The position numbers and the translations under genes are program-made. A model generated the notes under the pieces. That model was not told where the DNA came from. It worked only from the letters and a program-made list of their open reading frames with translations, and ran no database searches. Positions 9,890-18,636 of a DNA stretch of 41,021 bases are shown here, piece by piece. The stretch covers positions 1 through 41,021 of the IMG/VR virus record IMGVR_UViG_3300035041_000109. The stretch is one strand, 5' to 3'. The DNA is from a virus. Its lineage: Duplodnaviria; Caudoviricetes. The stretch's first letter is position 1, and every line of letters begins with the position of its first letter.

Positions 9890-10635
9890 AATCATTTACC
9901 TCTCTGGAAAAAAATATGCCATGTTAGGCCAAAGCATTCTAGGAAATCACTATTCTGATATATAGGCTGACATTGTTGTAATAACTATGAAACAACCATC
10001 TGTAATGGTATTTCATGTGTATTACTAACGCAATCATTTTTTCTGGCGGGAAATAAACTATAATGAGGCCGTACAACTAAATATCCTCAAACGCAGTCCC
10101 TTTGAGGCAAAAGCGTATTAAATCGGCATCGCGGGGGGGGTTTATATGTAACGGTTGGCTTTCCATTCATAAGGAGAGGGAGTAAGCAGGACTGCCCTAT
10201 CCAGTAATATTACCAGGCTTCTATCGGGTATCAAGGGTAACCATTGACGGTGGGCCACAGGATAAAACTTCAAGCTAGTTCTTCTCAGAAGTAACTACTC
10301 ATATACTTGCCGATGTCTTTCAGAAAATTATCAAAGAGGAAGAAGCACTTACTGATATCACTGAGAGTCTTCTACCAAACCTCTTCTTAAATGGAGTATT
10401 GAAACAATATGTAAAAGCTAGATAATGATGAATCTTTCTTATTCGTTGAGGTAGGGGAAAAACTCAATTTTCTGGCTCAATATAGTTCCATGTGGGAATT
10501 TTTTTTGCCTATGATACTGTTTATTTATTTTTATTTATTTATAACCACTTCCCAAGCATGTCTCGACTGGGGATATTCATGTCAAGCCATGGTGTTTCTT
10601 TTCGAAGCAAACCCATTTTTGGTTTACGGCAGATA

Positions 10636-11352
10636 TTAATACGGATGACTATGATACCATCCAACAACCTTTCCCTCAATCCGAATATTCTCTGAATCGA
10701 AAGAAACAGTCTTGGGCGAGTAGTTCTTATTCTCTGAGTGTATCACAATCTGCCGGTTCACGCGATCAAACTCTAAACGTTTTACGAGTGCCTCATTATC
10801 AATAGATAGAACGTAGACCCCATCACCTTCCATGTGCTGGGAGGCAAACACAACAAGATCCCCGCTAAAAAGCTGGATCCCTGTCATAGAATCTCCCTTT
10901 ACCTCAACAACCCTTAATTGGTCCTTATCAAAACGGGATACAAGTCTCTCAAGCACAGGCAAAACCCTCTCTGGTGTAAATTCTTCGATGTAATTTTCGC
11001 CATGACCAGCTGAAACCTTCTGGTTCAAAATTGGTATGTTAATGACCCGTTGATCAGCAGCAAGAGAAAACTCTTTTTTTCTTGGGGTGAGGAAAGTCTG
11101 GTCAATAACATCTACGATATGCGCAGATCCTTCTGCGGTACGCGTTATACCTGTCACGAGGTATTCCACAGACACATCAAGTACTTGGGCAATTTTTACC
11201 GCGCGGTCAGCCGGCGGCATACGACCATTGGTCCTCCAGCCAGAGATAGTTGTTTGCCGAATACCTGTCTTGTCTGCTAACCACATTTGATTGCGGTCCT
11301 CTCCAAGTAGCGCATCTACTCTCTTCCAAAATTCATTTATGGTACGTTCCAT
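10636..11352 (-). CDS. CI-like repressor (XRE HTH plus S24 LexA-type peptidase)
   Basis: HTH WLADKTGIRQTTISGW...KIAQVLDVSVEYLVTG, cleavage site SAG, catalytic VKGDSM and LVKRL. Confidence 0.93.
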   Translation of the reverse strand: MERTINEFWKRVDALLGEDRNQMWLADKTGIRQTTISGWRTNGRMPPADRAVKIAQVLDVSVEYLVTGITRTAEGSAHIVDVIDQTFLTPRKKEFSLAADQRVINIPILNQKVSAGHGENYIEEFTPERVLPVLERLVSRFDKDQLRVVEVKGDSMTGIQLFSGDLVVFASQHMEGDGVYVLSIDNEALVKRLEFDRVNRQIVIHSENKNYSPKTVSFDSENIRIEGKVVGWYHSHPY

Positions 11353-11359
11353 GAGTAGT

Positions 11360-11388
11360 AGTATATACTCATATACCACAAATGGCAA
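11360..11388 (-). promoter_or_regulatory. Sigma70-like promoter for the repressor (leaderless transcript)
   Basis: Minus strand reads TTGCCA-N17-TATACT-N7-ATG(11352), with no Shine-Dalgarno sequence. Confidence 0.65.
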
Positions 11389-11415
11389 TAACTTTAGAAA
11401 TATTATTATATACCG

Positions 11416-11446
11416 TTGACAAAGTACTCAAATAAAGTAATATACT
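11416..11446 (+). promoter_or_regulatory. Sigma70-like early rightward promoter
   Basis: TTGACA (11416-11421) followed by TAATAT (N16) or TATACT (N19), directly before ATG 11451. Confidence 0.65.
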
Positions 11447-11450
11447 TCAT

Positions 11451-11624
11451 ATGAAAACGCAAATGAGGTATTCAAACGGGTATAAAAGAACCAGCCTGAA
11501 TATCAGGCAGGATCTTCACAAGGCTGCTAAACAGGCAGCTATTAATCGGGATATCTACTTCCAGGATTGGTTGGGAGAAGCAATCGAAGAGAAACTTCAA
11601 CGTGAGGAGGTGAACTATGAATGA
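11451..11624 (+). CDS. 57-aa ribbon-helix-helix (Arc/CopG-like) regulator in the Cro position (missing from the ORF track)
   Basis: MKTQMRYSNGYKRTSLNIRQDLHKAAKQAAINRDIYFQDWLGEAIEEKLQREEVNYE: a beta-strand (RTSLNI) followed by two helices. Divergent from the repressor. Confidence 0.7.
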   Translation: MKTQMRYSNGYKRTSLNIRQDLHKAAKQAAINRDIYFQDWLGEAIEEKLQREEVNYE

Positions 11625-11916
11625 AGTAACAATGATTCAGCTGACATCAGATGAGCTTGCAGATTTGATGAAATCTGTAGCCCTTGAAACTGCCAAGTCC
11701 GTTTGCGACCAGAAGGTCTACTACAAGGACAAGAGCACCCTGGCTCGAGATTATTACAACGTCACAACACGTACGCTGGTAAATAATCCCTGGATGGTCC
11801 CAGACCATGGGCTAAGAGGAAATGGATGGTCTTTGAAGCAGGTCGATGAATGGAATCAGCGACCGATTCAGGAACGCAAGGCAGAGTACCAGCGCGCTAT
11901 GAAAGCCCTTGTATAA
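11617..11916 (+). CDS. Putative excisionase/AlpA-like DNA-binding protein
   Basis: GAGGAGG RBS. N-terminal IQLTSDELADLM and a wing-like WSLKQVDEW resemble Xis/AlpA proteins, and the early-operon position fits. Confidence 0.45.
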   Translation: MNEVTMIQLTSDELADLMKSVALETAKSVCDQKVYYKDKSTLARDYYNVTTRTLVNNPWMVPDHGLRGNGWSLKQVDEWNQRPIQERKAEYQRAMKALV

Positions 11917-11930
11917 AAGGAGGATGCACC

Positions 11931-12239
11931 ATGAATAGAGTTTTACATAAGGAGGAACAATTAAAAGATTGCTCGTCGAGCAACAAAAAAGGCCCCCTCT
12001 CGGGGACCAACAACCTAAATCGGAGGATAGCACACATGACTATCACAACACAAGAGCAGATGCTTGAAGAAGTTATCAAAAAGATGCAACTGATTCGAGA
12101 TCTGAGTTTCATCGCAGAGAAAGGAGAGGACGAGCTGCGTTATGCAACATTTCGCATCCGAGTCCAGTCTCGCCAGATTGTCGATTTGGTAGAGAAGGCA
12201 AAGAAGATCTCTGGCAACGTCCAGGAGGTGCTCGCATGA
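11931..12239 (+). CDS. Hypothetical phage protein
   Basis: AAGGAGG RBS before ATG 11931 (alternative start 12036 with GGAGG). ATGA overlap with the next gene. Confidence 0.6.
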   Translation: MNRVLHKEEQLKDCSSSNKKGPLSGTNNLNRRIAHMTITTQEQMLEEVIKKMQLIRDLSFIAEKGEDELRYATFRIRVQSRQIVDLVEKAKKISGNVQEVLA

Positions 12240-13237
12240 ATAGCCTCATGGAACTACGGGACACCTCAACCCCAACTATAACGATACCAGCAGATCGCCA
12301 GGAGTTCCTCCAGGAGCGGACCACCGGTATCGGAGGATCTGATGCTGCAACCATTCTGGGGATTAACCCATACAAGACCCCCTTCGAGCTCGCAGAAGAA
12401 AAGCTCGGACGAGTAGAACCCTTCAAGGGCAACCGCTTCACCGAAGCTGGCAATCGCTTAGAAGAGGTCATCGCCCAATGGTATGCCGATGAGACGCAGA
12501 GCAAGGTCGCCCGGGCAAACCAAACCTTCAGATTGAAAGAGCATCCCTTCATCATGGCTCATATCGACCGGCGAGTGCTCAACCAGAAAAAAGTACTTGA
12601 ATGTAAATCCGCTGATAAATGGACCCTCTCGAAATGGGGATCAAGCGGGAGTGATGATGTACCGGATACCTACTTCATCCAGGTCCAGCACTACCTAATG
12701 TTCCCCAACTGGGATTCTGCAGACCTCGCTGCCTTAATCGGGGGAAACGATCTGAGAATATATCCGATCACACCCGATAGCGAGCTCCAGGAGATGATCC
12801 TGCAAGCTGAGATCGCCTTCTGGGATACGATCAGCCGGGGAGACCTGCCAGACCCCATGACTGATAGCGATGCTGCCAAGCGGTGGCCGAGGGGGAATGA
12901 AGAGTCGATCTATGCTGACTACCAGGTCATGGAGTGGGAGAGAGAGCTCCAGAAAGCTGCGGTCAGCAAGAAGGAGCTGGAGGCGAAGATGGAGGACCTG
13001 CGGGTGAAGATCAAAGGCTTCATGAAAGAGTACACCGTCCTCTGCGACCCAGATGGCAACAAGCTCCATACCTGGAAAGAGCAGAAGCTCTCATCCTTTA
13101 AAGAAAAGGATCTCAAAGCTCAGCACCCTGATGTCTACCAGGCATGCTTGAAGCCGAAGTTTGACAGGAATACCTGCAAATCACTATACCCAGAAATCTA
13201 CACACGATTTCAGTCAACCGGGAGAGTTTTTAGATGA
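12236..13237 (+). CDS. YqaJ-like viral recombinase exonuclease (lambda-exonuclease family)
   Basis: RTTGIGGSDAATILGINPYKT, AHIDR...VLECKS and YFIQVQHY. Confidence 0.92.
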   Translation: MNSLMELRDTSTPTITIPADRQEFLQERTTGIGGSDAATILGINPYKTPFELAEEKLGRVEPFKGNRFTEAGNRLEEVIAQWYADETQSKVARANQTFRLKEHPFIMAHIDRRVLNQKKVLECKSADKWTLSKWGSSGSDDVPDTYFIQVQHYLMFPNWDSADLAALIGGNDLRIYPITPDSELQEMILQAEIAFWDTISRGDLPDPMTDSDAAKRWPRGNEESIYADYQVMEWERELQKAAVSKKELEAKMEDLRVKIKGFMKEYTVLCDPDGNKLHTWKEQKLSSFKEKDLKAQHPDVYQACLKPKFDRNTCKSLYPEIYTRFQSTGRVFR

Positions 13238-14007
13238 ACGATAGCAATACGCAACTAGCGAAAAATAAAGCAGGGGCAGACATGTATCTGCCCACCACCA
13301 AAAATGAAGCCTTCAAATTAGCAGAGAGCTTCTGCAAATCAGCCTTCTGTCCGGCTGCCTACCGAGGCAAACCAGCCGATGTGTACCTTGCCATGGCCTA
13401 CGGCTCACAGATCGGATTAAACCCCTTGCTGGCGGTACAAAATATCGCGGTGGTCAATGGAAAACCCAGCGTGTATGGAGATGCGCTGACTGCCATAGCC
13501 CAGGGACACCATGAGACCGAGAGCTATGAAGATGGCTATAAGGACGATGGGACAGCCTACTGTAAGATCACGAGAAAAGGCAGGACCATCTACCGAGAGT
13601 TCTCAGTCGAGATGGCAAAGCGGGCAGGACTGTGGGGGAGAAACACCTGGGCACAATATCCTGAGCGGATGCTGCTCTGGAGAGCGCGAGGGTGGGCGAT
13701 ACGCGATGCCTTCGCCGATGTGCTCATGGGTCTGTGGAGTGTCGAGGAGGCTACAGACAAGCCTGAGGCGATCCTTGATCGGGATGTGACACCTGAGGGG
13801 GAGATCCCCGAACCTGAGCCCGAGAAGCCTGCAACGAAAGCCGATCGGATCAAGAGCCGGGTGAAGCCCAAGGTGCCTGAAGAACAAGGCGAGGATGATG
13901 TGCTCACCCCTCGGCAGGACATGGAAGCCGAAAATAATGAAAACAGCTCACCTGTAGATGATACAGATGAAGAGTCTGAGGAGAGTACAGGAGAGCTATT
14001 TATTTAA
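13234..14007 (+). CDS. RecT/Redbeta-like single-strand annealing protein
   Basis: PAAYRGKPADV...GLNPLLAVQNIAVVNGKPS and WAQYPERML.WRA.GWAIRDAF. Paired with YqaJ and has an acidic tail. Confidence 0.8.
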   Translation: MNDSNTQLAKNKAGADMYLPTTKNEAFKLAESFCKSAFCPAAYRGKPADVYLAMAYGSQIGLNPLLAVQNIAVVNGKPSVYGDALTAIAQGHHETESYEDGYKDDGTAYCKITRKGRTIYREFSVEMAKRAGLWGRNTWAQYPERMLLWRARGWAIRDAFADVLMGLWSVEEATDKPEAILDRDVTPEGEIPEPEPEKPATKADRIKSRVKPKVPEEQGEDDVLTPRQDMEAENNENSSPVDDTDEESEESTGELFI

Positions 14008-14439
14008 ATGAATACTCCATGCCGGGTCGAGGTTATAGCCGACCCGGTTGCCCAGCCACGTCCACGGGCAACTGTGGTCGCTGGGCGGCCGAGGATCTAT
14101 AACCCACAAAAGACCAAATCCTACAAATCTCAGATCATCAATCTATTCATACGCATCCCTGGTCGCTATGAACAGGGAGTGCCGGTGAAAGTCACGATCG
14201 ATTATTACTTCGATCGGCCTAAGAGTATGCAGCGCAAAAAAGATGAGGGAAAAAATATCTGCCACACGAAGAAACCTGACCTGGATAATCTCAATAAGGC
14301 AGTCCTTGATGCCTTGAGCGATTCAGGTATCTGGCACGATGACCGTCAGGTAGCAGATCTGAGATCGAGAAAATTTTATTGTCGCAAAGAACAGAGATCA
14401 CATGTGGTGATCACTATCGAGGAGATACAACCATGTTAA
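14008..14439 (+). CDS. rusA: RusA-family Holliday junction resolvase
   Basis: PVAQPRPR and KKPDLDNLNKAVLDAL...IWHDDRQV. Confidence 0.92.
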   Translation: MNTPCRVEVIADPVAQPRPRATVVAGRPRIYNPQKTKSYKSQIINLFIRIPGRYEQGVPVKVTIDYYFDRPKSMQRKKDEGKNICHTKKPDLDNLNKAVLDALSDSGIWHDDRQVADLRSRKFYCRKEQRSHVVITIEEIQPC

Positions 14440-14696
14440 CAGGATTACTCACCGATGAAGGCCTGCTCAAGATCAAGCGAGCAGGCGAGATGAAATATCA
14501 ATATTGTCCCTATCACCCAGCAGGACTCGAGTGCGGAGACTGGTGCCCTCAGTTTCGAGAGCCAGCAGAGCTATCAGGATCCACCATCGTCATCGAGCTG
14601 TGTAACGATACGAAAATCACCTTCCACAGCCTCACTGATCTCAGGCAAAAGAAGGGCAAGAAAGCCAAAAAACGAGTGACTGAGGAGGTGGTATAG
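14433..14696 (+). CDS. Hypothetical Cys-rich phage protein
   Basis: GAGGAG RBS before ATG 14433. Contains CPY...CGDWCP...LC. Confidence 0.6.
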   Translation: MLTGLLTDEGLLKIKRAGEMKYQYCPYHPAGLECGDWCPQFREPAELSGSTIVIELCNDTKITFHSLTDLRQKKGKKAKKRVTEEVV

Positions 14697-15179
14697 ATGT
14701 CCCAAGATATCAACATGGTGGTCCTTGTTGGCCGCCTGGTACGGGATGCTGAGCTTCGCTACACCTCAGGTGGAACGGCCGTGGCAAACCTGAGTATAGC
14801 GGTCAATCGCCGGAAAAAAGACGGTGATAGCTGGAGAGAGGAAGCGAGTTTCTTCGATATCCAGCTCTGGGGAAAAGCTGCTGAGAGCCTGGAGCGATAC
14901 CTCACGAAGGGTAAGCAGATAGCAGTGCAAGGGGAGCTCAGACAATCGAGGTGGCAGCAGGATGGCCAGAGCAGGTCAAAGGTGAGTATTGCTGCAACGA
15001 ATCTCCAACTGCTCTCCTCTGGAAAGACTGACAAAACACAGGCTCCTCAAAGCCAGAGCGCACCTCCTCAGCCCAGAACTCATGCCGAGTTTAGCAGAGG
15101 GGGCCAGCCGCCTCAGAGTCAGGGAGCACAAAGCTCCAGGCAGGGTCCTGAGTTCTTCGATGATGACATACCGTTCTAG
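14697..15179 (+). CDS. ssb: Single-stranded DNA-binding protein
   Basis: INMVVLVGRLVRDAELRYT OB-fold and a DDDIPF tail. The sequence resembles spirochaete SSBs (judged from memory). Confidence 0.95.
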   Translation: MSQDINMVVLVGRLVRDAELRYTSGGTAVANLSIAVNRRKKDGDSWREEASFFDIQLWGKAAESLERYLTKGKQIAVQGELRQSRWQQDGQSRSKVSIAATNLQLLSSGKTDKTQAPQSQSAPPQPRTHAEFSRGGQPPQSQGAQSSRQGPEFFDDDIPF

Positions 15180-15191
15180 GGGGAGGAGACC

Positions 15192-15470
15192 ATGCACAGA
15201 TTACCAGCTAAGGCGACAATCAGATCGGTAACCGTCCAGGTGCTCCACGAGACCCCAGAGAACGCAGAGTTCTCAGCTCTCGAGCTGCAGAAGAAGGTTA
15301 CCTCACGGATATTTAGAAAGACCGGAGTAGTCAGACGTCCCTATCCCGATACGGTACTGCGATACCTCAGGTACGCCCGGGAGGGAGGGAAGTATGACTA
15401 CAAGTGTATCAGCCGAGGGAAGTCTCTCTATAGAAAACAGAGATCCCGAAGCACATCAATGGAGAGATAA
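15192..15470 (+). CDS. Hypothetical basic protein, possible winged-helix
   Basis: GGAGGAG RBS and a YPDTVLRYLR helix. Confidence 0.6.
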   Translation: MHRLPAKATIRSVTVQVLHETPENAEFSALELQKKVTSRIFRKTGVVRRPYPDTVLRYLRYAREGGKYDYKCISRGKSLYRKQRSRSTSMER

Positions 15471-15481
15471 CAGCACATACT

Positions 15482-16588
15482 ATGGCACGAGATGATATTC
15501 GACTCGATATAAACTTCTTCGAACATCCCAAGACCAAGCGCCTTATCAGGGTATTAGGACATAAAGGGTTCTATGCCCTGGTACGGCTGTGGACCAGCTC
15601 AGCGAAACTCTACCCCAAAGGGGTCTTCAAGGACCTTGATGAGGTAGATATTGCTGAGCTTGCAGGCTGGGATGAGGATCCAACAGTGTTTTGCAAGGGC
15701 CTCAGTGACCCGAAGATAAACTTCCTCGAGAAGGTGGAAGGCGTCTACTCCCTTCACGGATGGGAGGACCATCAGCCCTGGATCTACTATCAGAATGAGC
15801 GATCCGAGATAGCCAGGCAGAATGCCCGCAAACGATGGGCAATGCAATCAGCTGAGGATGGGCATACAGAAGGCAATGCAAACTCGAATCCAGAACCCAA
15901 TGCAGGTGGCAGTGCAGATAGCATGCAACATGCATCGGATACCAAGGGTAATGCAGAGCGAACAGCAGAGGGGAATACCGATTGCACAGAAGATGATGCA
16001 AAGCGCATGCAAACCGCACAGCAGGTCGCATGCAATCTGCATACAGTTGGCAATGCTCCATCTCCTTCTCCTATTCCTACTCCAATACCAATACCTAATC
16101 CAATTCCTAAAGATAGCGGCGAACCAGAAGTTTCACCGCCATCGGGAGACGAGCAGGAGCGTACACCCCCAGAAACAACGCCATCACCACCGAAAAAGAG
16201 ATCACCAATTCAGGATACTGAACTCTACACTTCGGTCCAGAAAGCCTTCTTGTCAAAAAACGGGGAGAAGTTCACCGATTACGGCAAGGAGGGCAAAGCC
16301 ATCAAGCAGCTCATCATTAAGGCGAAAGCCCGGGATCCTGATGCCTATGATGAATTCTTGAAAAGCATGATCACACGCTTCTGGGAGCTTAAAGCAGGCA
16401 AAGACCGATTCTGGAAATCACAGCCGTTTCTCCCATCAGCACTCAACGCTGGAGGCATCTTCGATCGGGTCCTTGAGACCTTCAGGGACCCTTCAGGAGG
16501 TACAAATTCCCCACCGGGGGAGTTAGACCAGGAATTCCTTAAGCTCATCAAGCAGGCTGAGGCTAAGCGTGAAGGGGTGGTGCTATGA
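15482..16588 (+). CDS. Phage replication initiator (replisome organizer-like)
   Basis: N-terminal IRLDINFFEHPKTKRL wHTH-like domain, a low-complexity linker carrying DNA repeats, and position between ssb and a loader-like gene. Confidence 0.75.
   Translation: MARDDIRLDINFFEHPKTKRLIRVLGHKGFYALVRLWTSSAKLYPKGVFKDLDEVDIAELAGWDEDPTVFCKGLSDPKINFLEKVEGVYSLHGWEDHQPWIYYQNERSEIARQNARKRWAMQSAEDGHTEGNANSNPEPNAGGSADSMQHASDTKGNAERTAEGNTDCTEDDAKRMQTAQQVACNLHTVGNAPSPSPIPTPIPIPNPIPKDSGEPEVSPPSGDEQERTPPETTPSPPKKRSPIQDTELYTSVQKAFLSKNGEKFTDYGKEGKAIKQLIIKAKARDPDAYDEFLKSMITRFWELKAGKDRFWKSQPFLPSALNAGGIFDRVLETFRDPSGGTNSPPGELDQEFLKLIKQAEAKREGVVL
15840..16110. repeat. Iteron-like ATGCA repeats (probable replication origin)
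   Basis: Nine ATGCA copies (15842, 15876, 15900, 15923, 15930, 15951, 15996, 16007, 16030) followed by Pro-X hexamer repeats. Confidence 0.6.
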
Positions 16589-16965
16589 AACTGCAGGAGT
16601 TTATATCCAAGATCCAGGCCTACTACGGGACGAGCTATCCTCAGGGCCAACGGGATGCGGTAGTAACCTACCTGGGGTCAAAACCGCCGGAGCTCCTTGA
16701 GGCCTTGTTTGAGGTGTGTCTCAAGCGCTTTAGCTCGAAGTGGAAGATGGTTCCTGATATTGCCATCTTCGAAGAGCACCTGGGGGAAGCGATTGAACTC
16801 GCTCGAGATCGGCAGAGGAGGATTGAGTTTAATAGCCCTAAGCAGATCCAGGAGCGATCCCTCACCCCAGAAGAGCTTGCAGAGCACACCAAGAGGCTTC
16901 GAAAGATGATCAATGAAGTTGAGCGTAAAAAGCGCTTTGAACCTGCAAAAGGCCAGGGAAGGTAG
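16585..16965 (+). CDS. Hypothetical protein, possible helicase loader/inhibitor-like
   Basis: ATGA overlap with the initiator and a KWKMVPDIAIF motif. The call is mainly positional. Confidence 0.5.
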   Translation: MKLQEFISKIQAYYGTSYPQGQRDAVVTYLGSKPPELLEALFEVCLKRFSSKWKMVPDIAIFEEHLGEAIELARDRQRRIEFNSPKQIQERSLTPEELAEHTKRLRKMINEVERKKRFEPAKGQGR

Positions 16966-16969
16966 GTGT

Positions 16970-17188
16970 ATGATGAGCACACCAGAGACAGCGATATATG
17001 CAGGAACGAGTAATCTCAGGCATTTCTACGCCGAGAATCCAGATGGACGGGTACGTGATGATTATTTTGGCTACTGGCTATCAGGGAGAATCTGTCCTGT
17101 TTGTAGGAGCCCCATGAACACCAATGGGAAGCAGTTCAAGTGTCCACAGTGTGGGGAGGTGGTGGAGTTTGGAAGGAGGAAGGGGTAA
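16970..17188 (+). CDS. Zinc-ribbon protein
   Basis: CPVC...CPQC, with an AGGT RBS before ATG 16970/16973. Confidence 0.65.
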   Translation: MMSTPETAIYAGTSNLRHFYAENPDGRVRDDYFGYWLSGRICPVCRSPMNTNGKQFKCPQCGEVVEFGRRKG

Positions 17189-17279
17189 GATTTTAGCAAC
17201 ACGACCTCACTCAGGATGACTAAGGAGGGAATAAAAGATGTAGCCTAAAATCCGAGGGGTATTGTCAATTAAAAAGTAT

Positions 17280-18434
17280 TCAAGTTTCTTTTGGAATTTC
17301 AGCCCCAATTAAATAACCTTGTTCCATTAATTCTGAAAGAAATTCATCCATTGCCATATTGGCAACCTCAGCCCAGTTTCCAGTCGGTGATGAGTATGAT
17401 TGAATAAACCAGCTATGATAAAGCTCTTGTTCATCAACATCACTGAGAGTAAGATCGACTGCGATTGTATACTCTGTGAAAGTACCATATTGTGTTAATG
17501 TGTCATGCTGAGTTCTTTCCAAACTTAGGGTAATGAGCAAACGATCTTCATACGGGGAAAATGGTGTTTCTGTGGTATAAATGAGACCAGTTGCTTGGGA
17601 AGCTTCTTCTAGCGTTTTGGGTGTTTTTACCTCTTGGGATAAAAGATAATCATTTATTCCAGGAAATATTGTTTCAAAGTAATTGCTTTTGATAGCAAAA
17701 TTAACGTTCTGCATGAAGGTGCCTTTTTGCTGAAATGCAAATACATCTGAAACTTTTGAAGTTACAATTCCAGCTGCTTTGGAAAAGTCGTCAGCCAATA
17801 AAACTGGTCCGCCACTATTTCCCGGTTGAATTTGTGCTGAGATTTGTAATACTTTCGGATCTCCACCAACACCACTTTTTGCGTTGATTATCCCTTTTGT
17901 TATTCTAACATCCTCGCTTAAAATGTCGGTGGTGGGATATCCAATAGCGTAGACATCACTACCTAGCGTATAATTCTCCTCCGTATATATCCTAAAACTA
18001 TATGGAAACTCATAGTTAAGCACTTCTGCAATGGCTAAATCATTTTCGGGATCTTCCATAACTGTTACTATTTGAAAAAGCTCATCATTAACCGATAGAT
18101 ATTGTTCCTCGTACTCAAGCACATGGGCATTTGTGACTATTATTGAGGGCAGTATGCTAAAACAGGTTCCAGATCCAATTTTAGTGGAAAGATCTGGAAT
18201 ATCTTCTGCTGTATGAATGATTTCATTTTGGAGACCATGTTCGGTCAGTGATAAAGAGACTGCATTTGCAACGGAATAATCCAAATTTTCTGTCCGCATG
18301 TAAAAGATCGTTTCAGAAGCTATAATTGGTTCTTTTGGTAATTCTACAAACGCCTTGCCAATACCATGTGTGACACAAGAAGACATTAGAAAAACTAAAG
18401 TAGAAATAACCAGAGCAAAAATTGTTTTTTTCAT
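17280..18434 (-). CDS. Lipoprotein with trypsin-like (S1C/HtrA-type) serine protease domain, moron
   Basis: Signal peptide MKKTIFALVISTLVFLMSS-C and catalytic triad motifs TNAHV, NDLAI, PGNSGGP. AT-rich, on the opposite strand, with its own TGnTAGAAT at 18468-18476. Confidence 0.88.
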   Translation of the reverse strand: MKKTIFALVISTLVFLMSSCVTHGIGKAFVELPKEPIIASETIFYMRTENLDYSVANAVSLSLTEHGLQNEIIHTAEDIPDLSTKIGSGTCFSILPSIIVTNAHVLEYEEQYLSVNDELFQIVTVMEDPENDLAIAEVLNYEFPYSFRIYTEENYTLGSDVYAIGYPTTDILSEDVRITKGIINAKSGVGGDPKVLQISAQIQPGNSGGPVLLADDFSKAAGIVTSKVSDVFAFQQKGTFMQNVNFAIKSNYFETIFPGINDYLLSQEVKTPKTLEEASQATGLIYTTETPFSPYEDRLLITLSLERTQHDTLTQYGTFTEYTIAVDLTLSDVDEQELYHSWFIQSYSSPTGNWAEVANMAMDEFLSELMEQGYLIGAEIPKET

Positions 18435-18636
18435 TTTCCCTTCCTTTCCTTGCGTAACAGCGTGAATATTCTATCATATCCTTCTGGATTTTTGTGGCGA
18501 AGTTAATGATCCATCTTAAGGTAAAAATAACGATTGTTTGGAATATCGGTACATGTGGGGTCCCCTTGGAGGCTATAACGAGTAGTCTCTAAGAAACCCC
18601 TTCCCATTAACCACACACCGCTCATAGACTATCCCT

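Noticed and set aside
10133-10140. Intergenic G8 tract
   Set aside because: It is about 240 bp from the nearest gene start and not linked to an identifiable promoter.
15702-16361. Long alternative-frame ORFs over the initiator gene
   Set aside because: Explained by the stop-poor ATGCA repeat region, with no convincing RBS or motifs.
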